Below, in pieces: positions 20,053-30,526 of a DNA stretch of 32,000 bases. Source of the DNA: Amoeboradix gromovi X-113 (Eukaryota; Fungi; Sanchytriomycota); contig JADGIF010000003.1 of the NCBI GenBank assembly GCA_018985225.1, positions 1 through 32,000 on the forward strand. The letters are read 5' to 3'. Numbering within the stretch: position 1 is the stretch's first letter; each line of letters starts with the position of its first letter. The position numbers were made by a program, and so were the translations under genes. Under the pieces are notes generated by a model. It worked only from the letters and a program-made list of their open reading frames with translations, was not told where the DNA came from and ran no database searches.

Positions 20053-20111
20053 TCTAGATAATAAAGAGTTTGAAAAATGATTGAGTCAAATAAATTTATT
20101 CGTTTGTTGGA

Positions 20112-20324
20112 TTATTTGATTTTTCGCTTGAACTGCTTTAAATCGAATTCGTAATTACTCTTTATCTCTTCTACGGGCTTTTTTCTGTAAAAGTTATTGT
20201 CCCAATCGACATTATATAGCTTAGCTATTGGATTAGTCACTAATGGCGAGTCAGATCTAGATAACCCTAATTCTATTGTGAACTCTATTCGAGGCTTTTG
20301 AAATGCTTCTTTTAATAGACTCAT
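20112..20324 (-). CDS. Small hypothetical protein (70 aa)
   Basis: ATG ORF packed in tandem upstream of SCAI; no family recognised. Confidence 0.5.
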   Translation of the reverse strand: MSLLKEAFQKPRIEFTIELGLSRSDSPLVTNPIAKLYNVDWDNNFYRKKPVEEIKSNYEFDLKQFKRKIK

Positions 20325-20676
20325 TGTGTTTTATCCTAGGGTAGTTCGCTAAACGCCCCACTCTGTAATGGGGCACTTTCTGCATGCGTTCTAAAGAACT
20401 AAGTCGAATCCATGTATTTCATTACAATACCACGATACGTTGTGGTTGTGATACAACAAATTAATTCCTCCTCATTAAAATCGCTGCTTTACGGGAGAAT
20501 CAAAAATTTACGCAGAGAACCTGACAAAGCCAGCTTATTCATTACAGCGGTTGCTCACGATTCCACAACCATAGGGCCGGATTGAATAAGCATAGGTAAA
20601 CATCAAATGTATGATCCTTACTACCCTGTGTTCGCTATCTGCTTTCAAATAAGAAGGCAATTGATGATAAACAAGT

Positions 20677-20820
20677 GAGACATCAAATATAAAAACTGGA
20701 CTAACATTCTGTAAAATGAAAATTGGTATAATAGAAGATCTTTTATTAATGATAGCATTTCCTCCGTATGGTGCACCTCCTTTAAAAACGAGTTAGTCTA
20801 GTTTTTATATTTGGTGTCCC
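20677..20820. mobile_element. Complete 144-bp MITE (family 1) with 29-bp TIRs and AAGT TSD
   Basis: Left GAGACATCAAATATAAAAACTGGACTAAC versus reverse complement of right GGGACACCAAATATAAAAACTAGACTAAC (26/29); AAGT at 20673-20676 and 20821-20824. Confidence 0.9.
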
Positions 20821-20934
20821 AAGTTTTCGAGTTTTGTAATTGGAAAAATCTAGAAATAAAGTATACTGGTAAAGAAAAAGTTATTTAGTCACATGTTTTA
20901 TTCAATAAACATCGATAGTTGCGATATTCGACAG

Positions 20935-23900
20935 CTAAAAGTCAAAGTTCTGTATCAACTTATGCCTCTGTATCATATTCTTGAAATATTTCTTATCAAA
21001 AAACTCCTGTAGAGTAACGTATCCGCCGCCAACTCGCACCATTATATCAGGTCCACGCAGCTTCAAGTTCAATACCTTGGTATCACTTGCATCGAACCTG
21101 TATTTACCGCGTGCTAAAAAGGTTATGGGAAATGTTAACAGCATTGAGTTTACACTCTTTGCAAACCTCACATCCAAAGGATCATCAGAGTTGGGCCTGT
21201 AGATGAAGTAAGTTATGTTGAATGTTCTATCTTGGATTCTTTCTGATCTCCCCAAAACTGGCTTTTTAAATTTATTTAGAAACGGGCTTTTAAATGTTCC
21301 ATCCGTAGTGTTTGCTGCTTCTGAATTTATACTGACTTGATATGACTTATGATTTGGTGCTGTTTTAATCGACGTTGCTGAAGAAACGCTGTCTGTGTCT
21401 TTCAAATTTGGCATTCTAAATTTCACAGTTTTCTTAAGCTTGACTTCCTCTTTTGATATTAAACTGAAGAAATCTACGTCCTTTGAGTTTCCGCTTATGT
21501 TGCTCTTGAATATCCCTATTTCGCTTATTATATGGCTTAGTAAATCTGATAATTCCGAATCCTCCAGTTTGTTCAATCTATCGGACATTTCGCTTATTTT
21601 AATTTTTATTTCCATATAATTCTTAAGCATTACATCTTCATACTGTTCCATTTTTAAAACATTCTCTATTATGCTAGTTATCAATTTTTGATTTTTATTA
21701 TTGTCTTCCGCCATTGTAGATGCATTTGAGACGCTTTTTGTTGCATTGATTCCCGTAGAAAATGAGTTGCTTTTTAAATCCTCGTTCTCTGAAACCTGTC
21801 CACTATCTAGAAATGCTGAATCTTGCTGCAACTCAGAAAAACTTGATTGGTTGCTATTTTTGCATGCCAATGATTTATATCCCGAGTCTACTGTACTATT
21901 TGATATTTGACTGCCTTCAACTACTGCATCTAAAGACTTGTTGACTATTTGATTTAAAACGTGTTCATCAACTGAGTCCAAGTGGGTCAGAGTAGAGTCA
22001 TTGGCAGATGTGCGAGAAACGCTATTATCATCGCTGCTCAAGGGAACAGTGGCAACTAAATTTTTTTGTAGCCTACTATCAGCAATAAGACTGCCAAAAT
22101 CATTGTCTGAGAACGTATTTCCACTTATCACACAATCTTGTGTTTTTGCACCTATAGTACCAGCATTTTTATCAGGAATCACCTTGCGACTCAAAAGATT
22201 GTCTGTCGTTTTATGGTCAATAGGAAGAGCAGTAGAAGAAAAAGTAGATTCTAAGGTTTCGAGATCCGTACTGACTTGCTGCTCTCCAGGCTCTTGTGCG
22301 TCCTTATCAATCGACGCAGCCTCCTCATGACGTGCTTCCAGTGTCCCAGAGGCCGTTCTTTTGTCAAGTTCCTCTGCGTTTCTGCCTGCTTCCTCATCAC
22401 CTGTTTCAGAAAACTCTTTGTCAGCTGCATCGACTTGCTGCTCTTCAGGCTCTTGTGCATCCTTACCAATCGACGCAGCCTCCTCATGACGTGCTTCCAG
22501 TGTCCCAGAGGCCGTTCTTTTGTCAAGTTCCTCTGCGTTTCTGCCTGCTTCTGGCTTGGCTAGCTGTTCTTTGAATTGCTCAAAGTTCTCAACAATCCTA
22601 GTTTCATTTTTCTTATTATATGGCCTTCCTTCAATCGGAGAAATCAGGTTTTTGTTTACTGACACTGCTTCAGCAGTATCAACGTTAGAGATGTTATTCA
22701 AGCTTCTAACACCTGCATTTCCTTCATCTAATCTTGAAACTGAGTCAGTATCTACCGTTTCTTCTGGGTCGGGTTTTATCAACTTGCCTTTGGATATCAA
22801 CATTTTCTGATCACTGTGGTCATTTATAGCATCTTTATTAGCAACCTCAATCTTCTCATCAGTAGTTGCCTCAATCAGAAAAGCATCTTGCATACCGCCA
22901 TAACCAGTTTGATCATCTAGGGCCATAGAATTTTCAAGGTACATGTTGCCACTGTGATCTTCACTGCCATCCGTCAAGTTTAGTTTAAAATCAGTGTCAA
23001 TTACATCAGCAGGTTCCGTACAGTTAAGTTCTTTAGTAGATGCTTCAGCTGCTTTAGAGCCTGGAGCAGCTGAAGAGCTAGATAAAGCCATCTTTTGGGT
23101 TGTCTGACAATCTTTTTTTTTATTTCTCAACTTTGCTACTTTCTCAACTGCGATACCTGCTGTGTATTTGCTCTTGACTGTAGGTGCTATATTCATAGAG
23201 AGGTCTGGTATAATCTTGTTCAATGAATCCGCTTCTTGGACGAATACAGACCCCGTAGTTCTGTATCTGGACCTACTTGTATTTATATCTAATTGAGACG
23301 CAGTGTCTATAGCAGGAAGCTCAACCTCTTCCACAACGGTATCAGGCAAATCGTCTTGAATTGCACTTAAATCTTTGACTTTGGATGAGTCCGATAAATT
23401 TAGTGACAAGTCGTGTCCGGATCCACTTGCAACATTACCAGAAATTTGGTCGTTATTAGCAGATTCTAGGGAAATAAGGTTATCAGAAACTGTAGTTATT
23501 GACTCAGATCTAAGACTCGTTGAATCAAAATCACCAAAACTAGAATTAGTGCTCAGGTTTATAGCTGAGTCAATTGAATGCTTGAAAACTAATTGAGGAG
23601 TTTTCTTCAAATGCAGACAAGATGAGCCATCTAATGATCTACCAATACTTAACTTAGACGATTCTTTTGATGCATTCGATGTTACATCATTAGATGGACT
23701 TAGCTTCTGCTTTCTATCCTGTACTTTATGTTTAATATTAGGACTGGACGGTGTATTACTTTTAGATTCTAAAAAACGCTCGTCTAAAGACTCATTTTGA
23801 ATCGCTTCAGGTTCGGTGTCGATATCTATCCATGGTGTTTGATTGTATTTATGGTACTTGTGGTTTAAACTGTCATATGAAGTATCAATAGTATCATCGA

Positions 23901-24111
23901 TAGATGTACTTTTGTGCAGCAGCGGGATGACGCTCTCAGAAATCTGCTGAGCATCTTTGTTGATGGTTGTAGCGATGCAGCTAATTGATTTTTTAGTTTT
24001 AAAGTTGGGCTCATTTGAAAAGGAGTAATTCTTAATAAATCTCAAGAGTTCAGCCCTTCTATAACTCTGGTACTCTAAGTATTTAAGATGTTGAGATTTC
24101 TTTTGCTTCAT
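20935..24111 (-). CDS. GAS2 (GAR) domain microtubule-binding protein with long disordered region
   Basis: C-terminal DPLDV...GKYRFD...LKLRGPDIMVRVGGGYVTLQEFF; the remainder is S/D/E-rich with a short coiled coil. Confidence 0.88.
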   Translation of the reverse strand: MKQKKSQHLKYLEYQSYRRAELLRFIKNYSFSNEPNFKTKKSISCIATTINKDAQQISESVIPLLHKSTSIDDTIDTSYDSLNHKYHKYNQTPWIDIDTEPEAIQNESLDERFLESKSNTPSSPNIKHKVQDRKQKLSPSNDVTSNASKESSKLSIGRSLDGSSCLHLKKTPQLVFKHSIDSAINLSTNSSFGDFDSTSLRSESITTVSDNLISLESANNDQISGNVASGSGHDLSLNLSDSSKVKDLSAIQDDLPDTVVEEVELPAIDTASQLDINTSRSRYRTTGSVFVQEADSLNKIIPDLSMNIAPTVKSKYTAGIAVEKVAKLRNKKKDCQTTQKMALSSSSAAPGSKAAEASTKELNCTEPADVIDTDFKLNLTDGSEDHSGNMYLENSMALDDQTGYGGMQDAFLIEATTDEKIEVANKDAINDHSDQKMLISKGKLIKPDPEETVDTDSVSRLDEGNAGVRSLNNISNVDTAEAVSVNKNLISPIEGRPYNKKNETRIVENFEQFKEQLAKPEAGRNAEELDKRTASGTLEARHEEAASIGKDAQEPEEQQVDAADKEFSETGDEEAGRNAEELDKRTASGTLEARHEEAASIDKDAQEPGEQQVSTDLETLESTFSSTALPIDHKTTDNLLSRKVIPDKNAGTIGAKTQDCVISGNTFSDNDFGSLIADSRLQKNLVATVPLSSDDNSVSRTSANDSTLTHLDSVDEHVLNQIVNKSLDAVVEGSQISNSTVDSGYKSLACKNSNQSSFSELQQDSAFLDSGQVSENEDLKSNSFSTGINATKSVSNASTMAEDNNKNQKLITSIIENVLKMEQYEDVMLKNYMEIKIKISEMSDRLNKLEDSELSDLLSHIISEIGIFKSNISGNSKDVDFFSLISKEEVKLKKTVKFRMPNLKDTDSVSSATSIKTAPNHKSYQVSINSEAANTTDGTFKSPFLNKFKKPVLGRSERIQDRTFNITYFIYRPNSDDPLDVRFAKSVNSMLLTFPITFLARGKYRFDASDTKVLNLKLRGPDIMVRVGGGYVTLQEFFDKKYFKNMIQRHKLIQNFDF
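22273..22551. repeat. Direct repeat, 120 bp x 2, period 159 bp, in frame within the GAS2 gene
   Basis: 22273-22392 versus 22432-22551, three mismatches; encodes EAGRNAEELDKRTASGTLEARHEEAASIxKDAQEPxEQQV twice. Confidence 0.95.
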
Positions 24112-24217
24112 AATACAAATCTCCTGATTGGGATTTGTAATGACAAGAATTGCGAATCGGCCAATCAGGAAAGAATATGTGGCATTTTACAGACTTAAAA
24201 ATTTATTTTGATTAAAA

Positions 24218-25012
24218 TCAAATTGACTTTGGAGATTTGGGAGGAAGTTTATCTTCGTCAAGGATATGGTTAACAATGTTGTTGGCAATATCATCAGAGT
24301 TCTGATCAGATTTAGTTAAACGGACATAATGCCAGCCTAGATCAAGATGCTTTGCAATAGGATCATTTTTATCCATAACATAAATAGGCATAAGAACTTG
24401 TTTATCGTTATCAGGGAGAAATTCTTTTAGCAAATGAACTGACTTAGTCTGGGAAAATGACATATTACCTAGATCTTTGCAAAGAATATCTTCACTGACA
24501 TCATTTTTGCAGAGAGCTGATGCTATACTGGAATTGTTTTGCATTAGTTTACCATCTTTGCTCAAAATTGCACTGGAAATTATAAAGGAATTACCGCGCT
24601 GTTTGTCTTTCTCGCTTACAGAAAGAACTTTCGTTTCCCATCCGGGAGAGGTCTGTTTATCCGAAAATGTTCTAGTTGTCCATTCCTGTGTTTCTGCAGT
24701 AGGTTTAGATTTACGATAAGTTTGACGAGGCTCTCTTTGATTGTCTTTTTGGTTGTGTCTACTAGCGCCACGCTTGACTTTCCCCCCTCTAGAAGTAGTG
24801 GGAAGCACTTTGCTTAGCTTGTTTATCTCGTTATCCAACGTTTTTTGAAATTCTTCTTTTTCTTTTTTAGCCTGATCAACGTCAGAATCTTTTTTGCTCT
24901 TACTTTTCATGTTAGGGTTACTCTTCTGGTCCACAGCATTTGGATTTAAACCAGGTAACTGATTAAAATCTGGTAACGGAACAGAGCTATCATTCATATT
25001 CTTCCAATCCAT
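24218..25012 (-). CDS. Hypothetical protein (264 aa, K/S-rich N-terminus)
   Basis: ATG ORF; no family recognised. Confidence 0.65.
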   Translation of the reverse strand: MDWKNMNDSSVPLPDFNQLPGLNPNAVDQKSNPNMKSKSKKDSDVDQAKKEKEEFQKTLDNEINKLSKVLPTTSRGGKVKRGASRHNQKDNQREPRQTYRKSKPTAETQEWTTRTFSDKQTSPGWETKVLSVSEKDKQRGNSFIISSAILSKDGKLMQNNSSIASALCKNDVSEDILCKDLGNMSFSQTKSVHLLKEFLPDNDKQVLMPIYVMDKNDPIAKHLDLGWHYVRLTKSDQNSDDIANNIVNHILDEDKLPPKSPKSI

Positions 25013-25319
25013 TTATAATACAAAGGAGGTAAATCCAAAATCATCTCATCTGGGAACAGATTTGTGAAATTACCACTAAAATTTATTAAACCTGGACACC
25101 TGTAAATATTAGGGAATAGAAATCGAGTAGAGATTAGACTTTTGACATGTTTGGATTTACAGCGATATAGCGGTTCAAATTCATCTCCATTGTTTAACAA
25201 ATCGAGATTATTTATATAGTAGGTGGTGTTATTGCGGCAATAAATGATTTACAATACATCCTGTTAAGATTATGCGAAATGAAAAGATTGCTAGTTGATT
25301 TGAGTTGCTGTTCTCAAGA

Positions 25320-25612
25320 AGGAATTCGATGCGTCCGATACTCAGTTGCGAAATTGGGCAGACGAAGAGTCTACCTAGAAATCAATGAGAGATATGAAGT
25401 CACTTAGAAATAACACTTTGAAGCAGAGACTATTCCATAAATGCAAGTCAATACAACCAGAAACTGTTTATTATAAATCAGGGGTATCGACCATTTAGTG
25501 CTTTTATGCAACTATCAATCGAGGGAAAGCGTACATTCTAGAATATTCAAATGCATAAATTACGGTCATGATGGCCATATAGATGTCAATCCAAGGCAAA
25601 AACATGCTAAAT
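25320..25612 (+). pseudogene. Decayed Fanzor/TnpB C-terminus (absent from the ORF track)
   Basis: From 25394 MKSLRNNTLKQRLFHKCKS (cf. MATMSHYTFKERLKFKCKQ); from 25501 LLCNYQSRESVHSRIFKCINYGHDGHIDVN, then GKNML after a frameshift. Confidence 0.7.
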
Positions 25613-26105
25613 GGTATCTAGCCAAGTTCTTCGACATCTAGGAATTAGTCCAAGAATTGAAGTATATATTATTTTTATCTGTTTCCATGTGCTTAGAGAG
25701 AAAACATTACAAAGAATGGCAATGCAGGAAAGACATTCAAGACAAGACTCAAAAGCAACAAGGATGGCTATTGCATTAACAGCATTAGTTTACAATGCGT
25801 AAACTACTCTCGTCTTCTTATTCACTGAACAATGTTTTATTCAACTATTTCAAAAGTCCGTAATTAAAAGTGCAAAAGGAGTCTAAGGGGTTAGTTGTCA
25901 GCTTAGCTACTTTATGATTAAAAGAGTCTGTCTTCACTTATGAACTACTGTAGAGTATTTGATCGCAAATTTGTAAAACAGCTTTAGATTTTGTAGAATA
26001 AATTATTTATGAAGAATTTTTATGCATTTTTATATTATTAGGTGAATTTTTTAGGGTTTTCAAATACCTCAAACACTCGATATTCTTCATTTTCGCATAT
26101 AGTAA

Positions 26106-27721
26106 ATGGATGTAATCCTGAACATGTCAAAACCTGGTTGGTTGGAAAAATGTAAAATTTTGTCATGTTGTACTCTCAAACGTCTACAATTAGTTCCACA
26201 AGATCTACTGGCTTTATTTTCTGATAAATCTCAAGCCCTTACGAAACAGGAACGTGATATATTCATCAAAGGTGTTATCGTAGCTTGCGAAGTAACAAGT
26301 TTATCTGCCAATACTACCAAGAAACGATTCAACTATACAATTTATCCATTTGGAAAAGTATGCAGAGGTGCTCTGACGACCTTGCTAACCATCTCGTGCC
26401 AACAATTTCAAAATATCGTAAACGATTCAAATCAATTCAAGTCTAGACACCATGGCAACAAGGGTAAAGTATTCAACCACGCACTAAATTCTCAAGAAAA
26501 AGCTTGTATCAAAGAATGGCTTTTTGACTTTGCTGAGATTTATGGCGAACAAAGACCTGGAAGAACTTATATGTATAAACAAACCAAGAGGACAAGAGAC
26601 GTTGCACTTCTCCGGCTACCTGCAGACTTTACCATTATCAAATTACATCAGATATACTCGAACTCTGAAAATGCCATTGCTATCGGATATGAGACTTTCA
26701 GACGATTATACCAGGAGTGTGATAATATACGAATAAGATCACCTAGAAGTGACATGTGATACATGCATCGAATTTAAACTGATTTTATCAACTAATGAAC
26801 TTGCAGAATCAATGTTACTAAACATTACAACGAAATTTCAAGATCACTTAAGACAAGCTAAGGTTGTTAGGGTAGACTACAATAATTACAGGACAAGGGT
26901 TGGAAAAACTACACTTTCTTTTGGCTTTAGTCAGAATCTGTGTCTCCCTCAATTAAAAGATCAACCTTCAGAGCTTTACTTTCTATCATTATTAAATGTC
27001 TCTTTATTTAGGATTTACAATGAATCAAGCAAGAGACAAGTGAATTATATTTACAGAGAAGATGTTGGAAAGAAAGGTAACAATAATGTAGCCAGAATGT
27101 TGGTAGATTATACCTGTAGACTCTCTGAACAAGCGAGAAGGTATCCAGTGTTATTCGCAGATAATTGTGTAGGACAGAATAAGAATAATACTATTGTGAA
27201 ATTACTTTGTTGGCTATGTGTGTCTGGTGTATCCGAGTCCATTCAACTCACCTTTATGATCAAATGTCATACTAAATCTAGTCCAGATAGCTGTTTTGGC
27301 CATATCAAGAAGAAATTTTACAGTCAAGATGTGTATACTGTAGGTCAGATATCAGAGGTAGTAGAATTATCTTCCACTTCTAATAGTAAGTGTATTGAAT
27401 TTCCTGGAAGGAGATTTAAAGAATATCGTTCCAAGTTGGATACCTTTTTCAATGATATCTCAGGTATTGCAGGCTATCAATCCTTTTTCATTCAAGTCTA
27501 ACACTCCTGGGAAAGTCATTTTGAAAAAGTTTATCAATGATCCAGATATTTTAGACACTATAATAGATCTTAGGTAAGATTTTCAGTTGAGTGTAGAAGA
27601 GTATGCATTTCAACCTGAAGTGTTAGAACCACCTTTTCTCACAGAGAGAAAGAAGAAAGATTTATCTAAAGTTAAGAAGTACATGCCTGAATATCTGAGA
27701 AATACTTTGTTATTTGAATGA
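26106..27721 (+). pseudogene. Sola-like DDD DNA transposase, disrupted
   Basis: KVCR, HGNKGK, PRSD-(M)-CDTC, SFGFSQN (expected first catalytic D is G), ADNCVGQNKN, KCHTKSSPDSCFG. Frameshifts near 26756 and 27485; in-frame TAA at 27575-27577. Confidence 0.8.
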
Positions 27722-27785
27722 AATAAAATAGGTTTACTTTAAATTCAATCATATAAAATATTTATCTTTGTAATTTCGATAAAAA

Positions 27786-27817
27786 TTGTCTAGTCTAGTT
27801 TTTACATAGCATGTCCC
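27786..27817. mobile_element. Right TIR of the transposase element (family 2)
   Basis: TTGTCTAGTCTAGTTTTTACATAGCATGTCCC then AAGT; shares TAGTCTAGTTTTTA..TGTCCC with the MITE ends. Left TIR not found. Confidence 0.75.
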
Positions 27818-27907
27818 AAGTTGATGTTAATTAATATATATATTATATTTAAAGATTTTATATGAAGGCAGTAATATCTAGAAGATTGCGAAATATGTTT
27901 TTCAAAC

Positions 27908-29741
27908 ATGGTAGATAATAATCTTAAAGATTCATTTCAAAAACTAGTTGAAAGAGCCTACAAACTTGAAAATATTAATGATGAATTGATAAAAGAAGGT
28001 GTCAATATATGTTATGAAATGGCAACTAAGTCAGGCTTTAAACTATACAAGTCTGAAAAAGTCGAAGAATATTTGGTTGATTTGGTTTATGAGATGGTTC
28101 GTTTAGAGGTTTTGATAGAATTTGGCTTTGAAATCTGTACATCTGTTGGTAGAAATAAAATTATCGTGGGTTGTCGAGGTGTTGGTAAAAGTACATTGCT
28201 GAAAGTTGGTGCTAAAGTAATAGAAGCACTTTGTAAACATATTGCAGTTTACGAGTGGAATTTCGAAGAAAGACCAGCTTTAAATGAGGATGCCAGACCT
28301 ACAAAACACTTTGGCATCACATCACCTGATAGTCAAGAACTAAAAGCGGAAATCATATTGAGAAAAAAAACTGTGTTTTTGTTTATGGACGAGTTTCAAA
28401 AACTAGATGTTGATCTGCAAGACCCTAACGCTAGCGTTTCCAAAATGATTCTAAGTGACATGATGCTTTTTGCAAAGAATCCATTTTCAGTCGTATTTGT
28501 TGCCAGCAGTGTCAATTCAATTACTCGGATCGTATTTCGACATACAGGTCCTGTAAAATCACTTCTACCAAACATGAATGATCAGGTGTTTACTGTGTTA
28601 CGTGTCCCGGAACTAAGAAATGAAAACGAGATTAAGGAATTTATTGGTGGAAGAAAGCCAAATATTGACATGAATGAGTTGTTTTACTATAAAGGAGGCA
28701 TCGGTCGTGAAATGTTGGATTTCCATAAGCCTTAAACATAATGAAACAAAAATCATTATTTTTAAGGAAAAATTAAATTCATCATTATTCTTCCCAAAAA
28801 TTGTATATTGTTTATGTTCAAAGCAGCTTGAACATATCGGAATTAAATCATTTGATGACTTTGATCGTGGAAAAGCAATTCAGAAAGTTTTTGATAGAAC
28901 AACTATTCCGAGTTGCTTCATACACAATCTTTTTCACAAAAAGGATCATTCTGATCTGGGAGAAGAGTTATTTAGCCTACAAGACTTGGGTTACTTGTCG
29001 CTTATTGGTACAGATCAATATGACCTAACTTATCCAATTTGGATTGAGACAGTTGTAGAATGGTTCAAAGAAGTACCAATGAGAAATTTACATCTAGCTA
29101 CAGAAATTACACTAAATGGGTTAGGTGATGGTATAGGTTCGCCAGGTGCTTGCATGGAACGCCATATTATTGAAAAGTTTCCATCTTATCTGGAAGGCAT
29201 CATTGAATTCTATGGGATTTTGGATTTGGAGAACATAGATATTGACCAAATTACATCAAAATTATTTACATTTTCGCAAGATAAAGGCTTGGACGCTATC
29301 TTTTTCATTGAAAACGATGACAAAATTCAAATAAACTCTGTACAAGTTAAATGCGGAAAATCATTTATTACACTTGGTAACATGAAGAATCCTGATTCAG
29401 ATAATGAATCATTTGCATCTATCTTTCACAAAGCACATAAACAATTAGCTCATTTTATTAAAAACGTAGAAAATCAAGATTGGGGGAGGTTTGTCATTGG
29501 ACCATTGTATATAATAACGAGTAGATCATTAGGCCAACAAGTTACTAAAGAATTTTTAAAAAAAGAACATAATTTCATTATTGGTAGGAAAAATAATGTA
29601 TTTGAATCAACCGATGACTTCTTTAAAAATACAAAGATGTCTTTCGAGTTGATCTGTGGTTCTGAATTTGCAAAGCTATTTGGTCCTGATATTCTAAAAG
29701 CTGCAAATGTTTCAATTGATGAAAATACTGAAGCAAAATAA
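27908..29741 (+). pseudogene. Crinkler/RHS-type P-loop NTPase + PD-(D/E)xK nuclease, split by a frameshift near 28715-28735
   Basis: Walker A IVGCRGVGKST, Walker B LFMDEFQ, GGIGRE motif; second ORF has ME..I, GLDAIFF...VQVKCGK (D...QxK). Confidence 0.65.
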
Positions 29742-29989
29742 ATTAATTTAATTTTTCTTATTAATTAACTATTACAAAGTAGCGTTTTGTTTTTACAGAA
29801 ATAAGAAATATGGCCTGATTTGACAAATTGTACCTAGGTCGTTTTGAGACCAAACGAGATAAATGTTTGATCTGATGAAATGTACCTACTTGATGTGATT
29901 GGATAAAAATTAATTTAAATTGAAATACTTTTGATTAGTTCAAAATTTTAACTATTTAGATGATTGGATCATGTAAACTTTATACAAGT

Positions 29990-30462
29990 GAGACATCAAA
30001 TATAAAAACCGGACTAACTTTCTTTAACAACTTGGAACATTATTTAAGAGGCGAGTGGACATTCAGCTAGTTGCGGAGTTGACGAGTATAAAAGGAGAAT
30101 AAATATTCTGTACAGCTATTCTCTTACTCTTTTATCCAATCTTTATTTCAAATAAACCTCTGATTAATATCACTGTTACTCTGTAAAAACTAGAATAGAT
30201 AAGAGTAATGATGTTAGCATAACATTACAAAACGACTCTAGAAAAGAGTACCGTCTAGGAAAATGCACCCTTTGCTTAGATGCTCAAAGACCTTTCATGT
30301 TTGAACAAGATGCAGGGTCTTCTAGTTTTATTTTAAAAAGAGGAATACAATTAATGAGAGAATCTTGGTATAATAGAAGATCTTTTATTAATGATAGCAT
30401 TTCCTCTGTATGGTGCACCTCCTTTAAAAATGAGTTAGTCTAGTTTTTATATTTGGTGTCCC
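29990..30462. mobile_element. MITE family 1, longer or composite copy (473 bp)
   Basis: Same left TIR and about 95-bp right end as 20677-20820; flanks AAGT/AGAT do not match. Confidence 0.8.
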
Positions 30463-30524
30463 AGATGCTTATTTTTAAAATTTTGATACATTTTGTCTAG
30501 TCTAGTTTTTACAGAGTGTGTGCC
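30171..30524. mobile_element. Family-2 non-autonomous element interleaved with family 1
   Basis: CTCTGTAAAAACTAGAATAGATAA (30179-30202) versus reverse complement of TTGTCTAGTCTAGTTTTTACAGAG (30493-30516), 22/24; ATAT on both flanks (30167-30170, 30525-30528). Outer 7 nt of the left TIR are degenerate. Confidence 0.6.
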
Positions 30525-30526
30525 AT

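Noticed and set aside
20590-20635. ACATCAAATGTATG match to the Fanzor copy 1 C-terminal codons
   Set aside because: Only a 14-nt match with no convincing scaffold or protein motifs; possibly a fifth fossil but unsupported.
22001-22810. Several overlapping short ORFs; repeat considered as CRISPR-like
   Set aside because: Shadow frames of the GAS2 gene; only two 120-bp coding copies, not a repeat-spacer array.
24994-25802. ORFs 24994-25200 and 25611-25802
   Set aside because: Short and featureless, adjacent to TE debris.
27574-27591. 18-nt GTAAG..AG segment removing the transposase nonsense codon
   Set aside because: No branch motif, and the gene has other inactivating lesions.
28714-28729. 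16-nt GT-AG segment (GTTGGATTTCCATAAG) whose removal would fuse the NTPase and nuclease ORFs in frame
   Set aside because: Lacks the GTA start and TAA-NN-TAG end of the three supported introns; a frameshift is more parsimonious. RNA-seq would decide.
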